This document shows, in pieces, positions 28,022-36,078 of a stretch of 37,391 bases of DNA; position 1 is the first letter of the stretch; the number at the start of each line of letters is the position of its first letter. Under the pieces are notes generated by a model that worked only from the letters and a program-made list of their open reading frames with translations, ran no database searches and was not told the DNA's origin. The DNA comes from a virus (taxonomy: Duplodnaviria; Caudoviricetes). The position numbers and the translations under genes were made by a program. Location: positions 1-37,391 of IMG/VR virus record IMGVR_UViG_3300011335_000223. One strand, 5' to 3'.

Positions 28022-28183
28022 TTATTCCTCCGGAACGGGAGTCTCAACCACCGCCAGCCAGTTAGCCAAACGCCGCTGCTTCTCAGCATCGATCTCTGCT
28101 GGCGTCATAGGCTCATCGTCGGGAAACCATATCGCATCAGCAAACTTGCCGTACTGCGTTGCATATTCAAAATCGATTACCAT
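28022..28183 (-). CDS. Small acidic protein (53 aa, MVIDFEYATQYGKFADAIWFPDD...), not in ORF track
   Basis: AGGAGG RBS, TAATG overlap, ends 3 nt before the fibre start. Confidence 0.8.
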   Translation of the reverse strand: MVIDFEYATQYGKFADAIWFPDDEPMTPAEIDAEKQRRLANWLAVVETPVPEE

Positions 28184-28308
28184 TACGCCTCCTGTGACAC
28201 GGCAACCGCAAACGTCTGCAAGCCACTGACAGCACCAGCAAGAGTTATCGTGCTAGTGCCAATAGTGGTGGCCGTTTCCTGTACGCGGTTAGCAAGGACA
28301 AAAGCCAT
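28183..28308 (-). pseudogene. 41-aa remnant of a longer virion gene (probable internal deletion)
   Basis: MAFVLANRVQETATTIGTSTITLAGAVSGLQTFAVAVSQEA with AAGGA RBS; N-terminus resembles long phage structural proteins. Confidence 0.6.
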
Positions 28309-28317
28309 AAATAATCC

Positions 28318-28734
28318 TTACGTCGCTTGGAACACACCGTTTGTAGCATCAAGCGTAACAGTGACAGTTTCGCCAGCCGAAACAAGTTGGCTGCTACCAT
28401 AATCCCAATACGCCACTGGTGTGCTGGTGGTAGTATCCCACATTATTGCATACCGAAAGGTAAAACCAGCACCCGTAGCCGTCCAAGCAGTTGGGCTAGC
28501 CAGCACCAACTTATACGTCCCGGAAGTTTGTGCGGCGCTAGTAATCGTAGCTGCGTTACCGCCAGCCGTGTAACCCGCCGCCGTAGGAAGGTCTGTTGTG
28601 CCCGCCGTGAAGGTTGTGTCAGCTATGTTTACGGTAGCCGCAAGAGCAATCTTCCAGCTATCCGTGCCAGCGTTCATGCCCTCAAGCATAGGCTCGATAG
28701 CGGCGGTGTATTTAGCGTATGTTGCGGTTGGCAT
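28318..28734 (-). CDS. Virion structural protein (138 aa)
   Basis: GAGGT RBS; GYTAGG...WTATGAGFTFRYA...YWDYGS pattern. Confidence 0.75.
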   Translation of the reverse strand: MPTATYAKYTAAIEPMLEGMNAGTDSWKIALAATVNIADTTFTAGTTDLPTAAGYTAGGNAATITSAAQTSGTYKLVLASPTAWTATGAGFTFRYAIMWDTTTSTPVAYWDYGSSQLVSAGETVTVTLDATNGVFQAT

Positions 28735-28742
28735 GTATCACC

Positions 28743-29105
28743 TCAAGCAAGAAAACGAAGTTTATATAGCGTCGAAAAGTACTGGCCCAAAATTTCGTCG
28801 ATAATATTATGCAAAGGTGTGCAAGCCTTATCGACCACCGCATAACGTTCTTCTTCAATTTCGTCTGCCTGATTTTGCAAAAACTCAATAATGTTTGTGG
28901 TTTTTTTGGCCGACATTAATGAGATTGGCCCAATAAGGCCGTACTTGCCTTGGTAGGCTTCGGCAAACTTATCGGCCAACTTGACAATGTTGTTGTAAAA
29001 CTCGTTAAGAGCCGTGTGCTTAGCAAAACTGCGTGTGTTCAGATGCACCGAATGGGCAACGTCACGGGCCAGAAACAGTGTTCCTACAAACTCGGCGGCT
29101 TTCAT
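28743..29105 (-). CDS. Ferritin/Dps-like protein (DUF5856-type)
   Basis: HSVHLNT...H.AL.EFY...DKFAEAYQG...LYKLRFL; four-helix size. Confidence 0.75.
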   Translation of the reverse strand: MKAAEFVGTLFLARDVAHSVHLNTRSFAKHTALNEFYNNIVKLADKFAEAYQGKYGLIGPISLMSAKKTTNIIEFLQNQADEIEEERYAVVDKACTPLHNIIDEILGQYFSTLYKLRFLA

Positions 29106-31366
29106 TGTGGTAGTCCTTCAGGGGCCATAGGCGGCTGCATGGGCGCTTCTGGCGGTTCACCCTGCTGTTCGGGCTGCATGGGCATCTCAGGCGCTTCGCT
29201 AGGCTGCTCTTGTTGTTGGTCTGTGCCAAAGTTACCTAGCTGCGGCAAGCTAGGTGGTACAAGGTCGCCCATGTCCATAGCCGCGTGCATCGTCCCCATG
29301 ACAATATCTTGAATTTGCTCTGGCGTCATGCTGTTTTGAACTGCGGAAATACGCTTAGTTTCGGCGTCATAAGCTCTAATTTCGGCTTCAAAACCCTTAA
29401 TCTGAATTTCCTGTTGAGACACCGAATCCTGAATGTTCTCAAGGATTGTGGAAGACTGCTCAAGTTCCTGCGCCATCGCCTGAATTTGCTGCTGTGCAGC
29501 AGCTAATTCAGGTGTCGTCTCGCCACCCTCAAGCACCTTGGGGTCAAGAATTTTCTTGAAGCGTTCGGCCATTTCCTGCGCACCGGGCCAATCCATGTTC
29601 TTGATAAACAGGTCGCCTGCCACAGACCAAAGCTGCGGGTTGGACTGAAGGATCATTGACATAGCGTCAAGTGCCTCTTGACGCTTGGTCATGTAGCCGG
29701 GGCCGGTCGTGACCATAACGTCATACGTGCCGACGTTGGGGTTGTAGATTTTCTCGATAGTGCCGCCGTTTTGGTCCTTGAGCGTGTTGACTGGCTGCTG
29801 CTGGTCGGGGTTAATCTTGACCATGCTTACTTCGCCGTCCAACCCAATGATGCGGGCTACACGCTGCGTGTCGTAAATCTTGGGGATCATATCGACAAGC
29901 TGGCGGGTTACGTGGCGGATCGCGCGGGCAAGGTTGTCAACGTAATGATACGTGCCAACGTCGCCCTGCTTTTCGCGGGCTGTGATGGCTTTGCCTGAGC
30001 GTTCGTTGCCTTGCATACCCAGCGAAGCGTTGTACTGGCCCGTGGCGCTCTTAATGTCCTCGTCCGCACCCATCTTGGCTTGGATCAGGCCAGTCTGCGG
30101 CAGCGGTGGCGGCGCGCGCATAGGCAGTGGCAGCACCCCGCCAGCGCCGTCTGTAACGTCTGGGTTTACCTCAAGATACGGCCAGTTGGTTGTGTTGGCC
30201 GTTTTCCACTGGTTCTCGTAACCTTCAAACTGACCGCCGTAGCCAATGAACGGAGCTTTAGGAGCCAATGCCAGCATTTCTGCCTCTTGGCTCGTCCAGT
30301 AGTTGTACATCCGCTGCGCATCCTTGGCGTTGCGCACAAGGCCAGAGATGTAAATCTGCCCGCTAACTTCAAATTCATTGCCTACAACGCGGACCACAGG
30401 GATGTATTTACCGGGCCATTCGCGCTCGTCAAGAACGTCAAAGCCATTGGTTTTCATCCACATGACTTGCTTGCGGTTAACCTTACGGGTTTTAACAGGC
30501 TTTTCAAACTGCGCCTTTAGCTGCTTATCTTCCGGCGTGCCTTCAAAGGCCGACACATTGCCGGGATACAGATGCAGCGTTCCCGGCTTAACTCGGTAGT
30601 AGAAGTATTCGGCGATGCGAATAGTATCTTCGTCCAGCCACGCGGATATGCTTTCGTCACCCACACCCTGCGTCATCATAGATGAAATAGGCGACGCATC
30701 AGGGAACGTCTGCTCGTATTCTTCTTTCGTCATGTCCTGCGTTATGAAGCAGTATTGCGCGTCAGCGCCGCAGGGGTCTTGGATCGTCGGGTCCATGTAG
30801 ACCGAAAACGAGTTGCGCACGCGCCCGATCTTAATGTCCTGATCAAAGCTATCTTCGCGGCAGTAGTCCGTCAGCAGGCGGATGTAGCCTTCGCCGTATG
30901 TGACTTGGTTATCGCAAGCGGTGTCGTAGGCAATGTCAGCGTCGGAGATGTACTCAATGTGTTTCACCATGCCGTCAAGGATGGCTGCTACCTCAACGTC
31001 GGCGTTGTCGTCCACGGGGATCACTTTGCCCGCTGGGCGGTTCTGCCGCTGCTCGTTCGTCACTTGGCGCACGTGCTGCGGCAGCTTGTTGATTGTCAGG
31101 CATGGGCGGGCGTTGATCGTCTGGCCTTGCACCGAGCCGCGCGTAGACAGTACGTCGGCGGGCCACTGCCACTGATTGTCTGGGCTACCAGCCATAAAGC
31201 GCAGATCGTCTAGCTCATCCTCGCGGCTGTCAGAATACGCAGCTATAGCCGTCTGGAACCGGCTGCGCATCGTCGCCATCGCGTCGTTGTCGCTTTCGCC
31301 GGAAGTAGGGTTACTTCCGATGTTGGCAACCTTACCGGCGGCAATAATACCTGTAGGATCAGCCAT
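29102..31366 (-). CDS. Portal protein (P22-like)
   Basis: QWP...RPCLTINKLPQHVRQVTNEQRQNRP, KDAQRMYNYW, SGKAI; C-terminal coiled coil. Confidence 0.93.
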   Translation of the reverse strand: MADPTGIIAAGKVANIGSNPTSGESDNDAMATMRSRFQTAIAAYSDSREDELDDLRFMAGSPDNQWQWPADVLSTRGSVQGQTINARPCLTINKLPQHVRQVTNEQRQNRPAGKVIPVDDNADVEVAAILDGMVKHIEYISDADIAYDTACDNQVTYGEGYIRLLTDYCREDSFDQDIKIGRVRNSFSVYMDPTIQDPCGADAQYCFITQDMTKEEYEQTFPDASPISSMMTQGVGDESISAWLDEDTIRIAEYFYYRVKPGTLHLYPGNVSAFEGTPEDKQLKAQFEKPVKTRKVNRKQVMWMKTNGFDVLDEREWPGKYIPVVRVVGNEFEVSGQIYISGLVRNAKDAQRMYNYWTSQEAEMLALAPKAPFIGYGGQFEGYENQWKTANTTNWPYLEVNPDVTDGAGGVLPLPMRAPPPLPQTGLIQAKMGADEDIKSATGQYNASLGMQGNERSGKAITAREKQGDVGTYHYVDNLARAIRHVTRQLVDMIPKIYDTQRVARIIGLDGEVSMVKINPDQQQPVNTLKDQNGGTIEKIYNPNVGTYDVMVTTGPGYMTKRQEALDAMSMILQSNPQLWSVAGDLFIKNMDWPGAQEMAERFKKILDPKVLEGGETTPELAAAQQQIQAMAQELEQSSTILENIQDSVSQQEIQIKGFEAEIRAYDAETKRISAVQNSMTPEQIQDIVMGTMHAAMDMGDLVPPSLPQLGNFGTDQQQEQPSEAPEMPMQPEQQGEPPEAPMQPPMAPEGLPQ

Positions 31367-31370
31367 GTGA

Positions 31371-31511
31371 CTACTTCTTGCCCTTCTTGGCTGCACTGCG
31401 TTTGACGCTGTAAGCTATCGCAACGGCCTGCTTCTGGGGCTTTCCAGCCGCTATTTCAGCTTTTACATTGGCCCTAAATGCAGGCTTGCTGGCGGATTTT
31501 TTTAGTGGCAT
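31371..31511 (-). CDS. Small basic protein (46 aa, MPLKKSASKPAF...KQAVAIAYS), not in ORF track
   Basis: Fills the gap exactly; GKPQKQAVAIA motif familiar from phage packaging regions. Confidence 0.8.
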   Translation of the reverse strand: MPLKKSASKPAFRANVKAEIAAGKPQKQAVAIAYSVKRSAAKKGKK

Positions 31512-31516
31512 GACGC

Positions 31517-31780
31517 CTACTTATTCTTTCTGGTTGGTGTCAGGCGCTCTGCAACAGTTGTGCGGATCACGTCAGGACGCCCACGCCTTAGCAACATCGC
31601 TTCGCTGCGGGCTTCTTCGCCCTGCGTCCGCGCGTTGCGGTCTAGCCGCCCTTGCGTTACCAGCGGCGCAGGCCGGTTTTGCGCAGGCTTAGCCATAGGC
31701 TTAGCCACAGGCTTAGCCACAGGCTTAGGTGCAGAAGGTTTTGATTTAGACAGAGTAATTCTGATCGGATACTTAGCCAT
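31517..31780 (-). CDS. Basic protein with KPVA repeats (87 aa)
   Basis: ATG 4 nt after the TerL stop; 12-bp tandem repeats near 31684-31729. Confidence 0.7.
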   Translation of the reverse strand: MAKYPIRITLSKSKPSAPKPVAKPVAKPMAKPAQNRPAPLVTQGRLDRNARTQGEEARSEAMLLRRGRPDVIRTTVAERLTPTRKNK

Positions 31781-31784
31781 GATA

Positions 31785-33320
31785 CTACGATCCCATCCAA
31801 GATGTAGAAATTCCAGCCCCAGAGTATCCTCTAGGTCTAGTTCTGTCAATTGCGTTAGCGCGGTACTCGCGGGACGCTACCGGGTACGCGAATGTGACCG
31901 CTATGGCGTCGGCAGCGTCTGGTGACGCCAGCCCGCGTGCCTTCATGTCTTTCTTGCTTTCTAGGAAGATAGCACCCTTGCTGTCAGGCTTCATGCGCGG
32001 GCTAATAAGGTCTGACTTCAGGAAGCGATCCGAGGGTATGGCGGCGGTCTTGAGCCAGTCGCGCATGGTGCCCCACATCTCCGCGCGCTTGTTGCCCCAC
32101 ATCATAGGGTTCTTGGCCTTGTTGCCGAAGTTTACACCCCTGATCTTGTACCGCTGCTCCTTCAGCCGGTCTACGACGCCAGCGCCTAGCCCGCCTTCGT
32201 CGATCACGACCAGCGCGGGGTTGTACTTCTCAATGGCGTCGATTACCCGGCCCACAGTCTCCATCGTATCGTCGCCCCGGTGCCGGATGATCTCCACAAT
32301 ATCACGCCCTTGGCGCACCGCTATCACGGTAGCGTCCGCTCCAAACCGTGCAGGGTCCACCCCGACCACGATTGGTGCGCTGTCGTCCTTCCATTTGTCC
32401 CGCTTCATGGCGTCGTCGATAGCCAGCGCGCCGATGAACTGATCGTCGCCCGCGTCGGGGAACATGCCGTAGACCTCGACGTGCGATTGGCTTGAGTCTG
32501 GTCCGTATTCATCAATGATCTGCTGGTACGCGGCCTTGTCGGTGCCTTCTACATCGCGTGCGTCAACGACCTTGGTTTTCCAGAAGTCCCGCTTGCTGTT
32601 AAAGCACTCGTAGAAGTAGCCTGTGTTGCGCCGTGGGTTGGAAAAAGCCATCCAGAAGCGGTTCGGCGTGTTCTCAGTAAAGAAACCCGCCGACACCGCC
32701 CAGATGCTGTCTGGTATGCCGCTGGCTTCGTCAAAGATCAGTTGCACGCCGTCGTAGTTATGGACGCCCGCGTATGCGTCGGGGTTCTCCTCAGACCACA
32801 GCCGCCCTTCGACCGCCCAGTAGCGCGTGCCCTTCTTCATGTCCCGCTCTACCAGTTCGGTCAGCCACTTGGCGGGCATGATGCGGGTAGCCGCAACCTC
32901 GAACCAGTGGCTGTTGATCGACATAGCCAGCCACTTGGTTATTTCGGCCCATGTGACGGACCGTAGCTGCGCCTCGGAGTTGGCGGATACAATTGTGGTA
33001 GACCCGATGCGGGTGGACAGCATCCAGATGACTAGCCAACTGACCAGCGCCGACTTGCCAATGCCGCGCCCGCTGCTCGTCGCCAACCTGAAGGTGTCAA
33101 AGTCGATCTTGCCGTTGTTCTGCTTGATGTGGTTTGCCAAGTCCTGCAACACTTCGCGCTGCCACTTGCGCGGCCCCGAGAAGTGTTCCAACGGCGTGCC
33201 GCGCTGCCCCCACGGGAACACGAACATCACGAACTTGAGTGGGTCATCCCTGAGCGCGGGGGTCCACAGCCGCGCCATCAGTTCCTGTTCTTCGGCGGCG
33301 CGGTATACAGGTGCCTGCAT
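31785..33320 (-). CDS. terL: Terminase large subunit
   Basis: Walker A SGRGIGKS, Walker B IFDEAS, FSNP, nuclease GVDPARFGAD and SPDAADA. Confidence 0.96.
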   Translation of the reverse strand: MQAPVYRAAEEQELMARLWTPALRDDPLKFVMFVFPWGQRGTPLEHFSGPRKWQREVLQDLANHIKQNNGKIDFDTFRLATSSGRGIGKSALVSWLVIWMLSTRIGSTTIVSANSEAQLRSVTWAEITKWLAMSINSHWFEVAATRIMPAKWLTELVERDMKKGTRYWAVEGRLWSEENPDAYAGVHNYDGVQLIFDEASGIPDSIWAVSAGFFTENTPNRFWMAFSNPRRNTGYFYECFNSKRDFWKTKVVDARDVEGTDKAAYQQIIDEYGPDSSQSHVEVYGMFPDAGDDQFIGALAIDDAMKRDKWKDDSAPIVVGVDPARFGADATVIAVRQGRDIVEIIRHRGDDTMETVGRVIDAIEKYNPALVVIDEGGLGAGVVDRLKEQRYKIRGVNFGNKAKNPMMWGNKRAEMWGTMRDWLKTAAIPSDRFLKSDLISPRMKPDSKGAIFLESKKDMKARGLASPDAADAIAVTFAYPVASREYRANAIDRTRPRGYSGAGISTSWMGS

Positions 33321-33484
33321 TACTTTTTCTTAGTTGGCTTGGCCGTCTTGGCCGTCTTGGCGCTGTCCTTGAAGTCCTTGGCCGACGGCGCGCCCTTAGC
33401 GCCGACAGCGCGCATCTTCTCGCCGGAGCCAGCCTTGATGCGCGCGCGCTTCTCATTAATGTTGGCGTATAGTCCGTGTTTCAT
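33320..33484 (-). CDS. Small basic protein (54 aa, MKHGLYANIN...)
   Basis: Lys/Ala-rich, coupled to both neighbours. Confidence 0.75.
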   Translation of the reverse strand: MKHGLYANINEKRARIKAGSGEKMRAVGAKGAPSAKDFKDSAKTAKTAKPTKKK

Positions 33485-33485
33485 G

Positions 33486-33749
33486 TCAGCACTTCCATCG
33501 TTTAAGACTGGCCTTGGCGCGCTCGCCATCCTTGGCCTTGGCTGCGACCGCACCCATGCGTGCGCAGAAGCTGGCCTTACGCCCCGCGTCGGCCTTTGTC
33601 TTGGGCGCGGGCGCTGGCGGCTTTAGGTTAGAGCCGGTAGCTGCATTGTACTTGGCGCGGCCCTTGGCCGTCAGCCCAGCGCCTGCCTTTACGGAGAGCT
33701 TCTCGCCGCGCCCAACCGACAGCGACACAGACTTGCCTTTACTTGCCAT
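33486..33749 (-). CDS. Small basic protein (87 aa)
   Basis: GLTAKGRAKYN...RKASFCARM...RWKC; GAGGA RBS. Confidence 0.8.
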   Translation of the reverse strand: MASKGKSVSLSVGRGEKLSVKAGAGLTAKGRAKYNAATGSNLKPPAPAPKTKADAGRKASFCARMGAVAAKAKDGERAKASLKRWKC

Positions 33750-34167
33750 CGCTCTGATCCTCTAGCGCGGATACGTCGGTCCAGACCGCTTCTAACACAC
33801 GCCGCTCTGCTTGTTCAAGCGCGCCCGTGATGCTGATCTGCTGGTCTACGTTTATGTCGATCTGCTGCTTGGCTACCCACTGGTGCTGGAAGCGCAGCTT
33901 CTCTAGCGCCATCTTAGCGTCGCCGTTTGCAATTGCGACGTTGATGACTTCGGCGGCTTCCATCTCGCTGTCAGCGCGGCCCTTGAGTTCGGCTATCTCA
34001 ACCGCCGGGTCAAACTCGTGTAGCTGCCGTAGCTCCTTGGGCAGCATCCCTGACGCCAGCGCCAAGCTGTCGCCTTTGAGGCCAGCTTTGGCAGACCGAT
34101 AGATTGCCTCCAGCCGTGCCTCGGTGGCGCGGAGCGTGCGCGGCTCAAACGATATGTTGTGAAACAT
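33739..34167 (-). CDS. terS: Probable terminase small subunit (142 aa)
   Basis: First late gene upstream of terL; HTH-like N-terminus, GDAKMA, QISITGALEQA; start MFHNISF chosen over the long 5' extension. Confidence 0.72.
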   Translation of the reverse strand: MFHNISFEPRTLRATEARLEAIYRSAKAGLKGDSLALASGMLPKELRQLHEFDPAVEIAELKGRADSEMEAAEVINVAIANGDAKMALEKLRFQHQWVAKQQIDINVDQQISITGALEQAERRVLEAVWTDVSALEDQSDGK

Positions 34168-35015
34168 ACGCGGCAGTATGACACAGGAATTATAAAAAAA
34201 AAAGTGTAAAAATTGTGTGCAGTGGCGGTTATTGCCGGGGGTGCAAAAATTGTTTGTGGACCCATCGTATGCAGACACCACGGCCCGTCGGCCCCCTGCC
34301 CCCCGGCTCCAGTCAGCGCGCGGCCAGCAAGCGAGCGCGGTGCAGGATTTGCGTTTGGCCATATGGCCTAGCGCGCAGCGCGCAAGCGATGACCTTATTG
34401 CTGGCGCGCGTAGCGTGCGCACCATTGCCCATTGCCTATTGCTAACAGTTAGCATTAAGACTTGGGCAGTTTGGGCATTGCCCAAACAGGCGCAGTTTGC
34501 GCGGCTCAGATTATTGATAGAGCGAGCCATCGCTCTATCAATCGCCAAAAGCATTGGCAAGCGGGCATAGGTGAGGGATTGCTTGCGGGATTGCGTGCGC
34601 CGGGGGCGAGGGGTTTGGGCAGTTTGGGCAGTTTTGTCATCCAGTTTCAATCGCTGCCAGAATAACACTATATTAACCTATATGGTTACTATTAAGAAAT
34701 CACACAATAGGATAGCTAATAGCCCAAACAGCCCAAAAACCGCGATTTATTGTTGCGCGGCAATGCATTGGCGACGCGCTCGCAATCGCCAAAACAAGCA
34801 CCGTATTTTGGCTTGTTTTCGCCCCTCGCTGCAATTATGGTAACCTTGCTTAGTATTGTTTGGTTAGTCAATCTTACCGCCGCTTATGGCTTAGGTCAAA
34901 ATGGCCCAAGATTGCGCGCTTGCAGACTTATCCACAGGTAAGGCATAACTAGGGCTTTACTAGGGAATAGCTATCTGCCATACCAAATCATCGAAACAAG
35001 CAAGGGAGCAAGCAA
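34168..35015. promoter_or_regulatory. Major non-coding control region between divergent late and early units (candidate origin and packaging site)
   Basis: No credible ORF; repeated TTGGGC motifs, palindromes, AT-rich core, promoter motifs. Confidence 0.75.
34928..34984 (+). promoter_or_regulatory. Early promoter candidate 1 with upstream DnaA box
   Basis: TTATCCACA 34928-34936; TTTACT-N17-CATACC. Confidence 0.7.
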
Positions 35016-35264
35016 ATGGACTACGCACACGTCAATTCCGCATTCATCCGTTCAATCTTGGACGGGACCGAACGCAATATCAAAGCAATCTCAGGCGCGG
35101 CATATGCGACCGAATTTTCGTTCCACGAAGATTGGCGCGCACATTGCATTGATGAGAATGTCACTATCGCGCGAGAGAACGCAATCGAAGCAATGACGGA
35201 TTGCTTGGTGCGGTTCGACACCGACGGCGCAATCGACGCCTTGCGCGCATATTGGAGCATATGA
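35016..35264 (+). CDS. Early hypothetical protein (82 aa)
   Basis: GGGAG RBS; first gene after promoter 1. Confidence 0.78.
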   Translation: MDYAHVNSAFIRSILDGTERNIKAISGAAYATEFSFHEDWRAHCIDENVTIARENAIEAMTDCLVRFDTDGAIDALRAYWSI

Positions 35265-35455
35265 CAATGGCAAATATCGTATGGAGCGTTAGCTATTATG
35301 TGCCAGCCGAACGCTGCTGGCAATTTGCGGGTGAGGGAGGCCGCGAATGGGCGCGCGAACGCGCGGCATATCTAAACGCGAACGGCCATAGCCAAACGCG
35401 TATTCGCTTTCGCGGCACTGGCGCGCCTATCGCGGCACAATCGGAGCAAGCATGA
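35261..35455 (+). CDS. Early hypothetical protein (64 aa)
   Basis: GGAG RBS, ATGA overlaps at both ends. Confidence 0.7.
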   Translation: MTMANIVWSVSYYVPAERCWQFAGEGGREWARERAAYLNANGHSQTRIRFRGTGAPIAAQSEQA

Positions 35456-35682
35456 TGCACGTTAATATAAAAGCGCCGCGCGGGCAAATATACGAAACGG
35501 CGGAGCAAGCTATCCAGCATTTATGGCTATTCGGCGTTTACCCTAAGAATTGGACAGAATTGCATTTTGGCCGTGATATCGCGCTTATCCGCAAGGCGAG
35601 CGACGCAATGAAAGCCAAAGATTATTCCGCTTTCATGGCAAGCCCGCGCCGGGGCTACTGGCGCGTCGAATTGGCCGCGTAA
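35452..35682 (+). CDS. Early hypothetical protein (76 aa)
   Basis: GGAG RBS, ATGA overlap. Confidence 0.72.
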   Translation: MMHVNIKAPRGQIYETAEQAIQHLWLFGVYPKNWTELHFGRDIALIRKASDAMKAKDYSAFMASPRRGYWRVELAA

Positions 35683-35698
35683 TTTTACAATAGGAGCA

Positions 35699-35917
35699 AT
35701 GACAATGACAAACATTAACGCAAATATGCTGCACTATATCGTGGCCGGTGAACGGCTCTGGAACGGCGTGATTGTTACCGCGCCAATTGCCGCCGCCTAT
35801 AACCGCCTAACAGATAAGATTGCGGCATATGACCGCACCGGGCGCAAAGCGCCAGAGCATATCCTTAACGGGCGGCACAATTTGCTTAGCGGCAATTACA
35901 ATTGGAGCGCCAAATAA
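35699..35917 (+). CDS. Early hypothetical protein (72 aa)
   Basis: AGGAG RBS (start 35699 or 35705). Confidence 0.72.
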   Translation: MTMTNINANMLHYIVAGERLWNGVIVTAPIAAAYNRLTDKIAAYDRTGRKAPEHILNGRHNLLSGNYNWSAK

Positions 35918-36063
35918 TGACACAAAACCTAATCGCTCGCGCGCTGCTAATCGTCGCTTTCGCCGGGTCAATATGGCTCGCGCACAGCATAGAGCAAGCC
36001 AACAAAACCGCCTGTCATGGCGACGCACAATGCGCCGCGCGCCTAGACAATGCGACGCGTTAA
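35917..36063 (+). CDS. Small membrane-anchored protein (48 aa, MTQNLIARALLIVAFAGSIWLAH...), not in ORF track
   Basis: GGAG RBS, TAATG overlap, one hydrophobic helix and a CHGDAQC Cys pair. Confidence 0.7.
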   Translation: MTQNLIARALLIVAFAGSIWLAHSIEQANKTACHGDAQCAARLDNATR

Positions 36064-36078
36064 CAGGCGCGCGAAAAG

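Noticed and set aside
34168-34668. 167-aa N-terminal extension of TerS
   Set aside because: Runs through repeats, palindromes and the homopolymer; composition is unlike real genes
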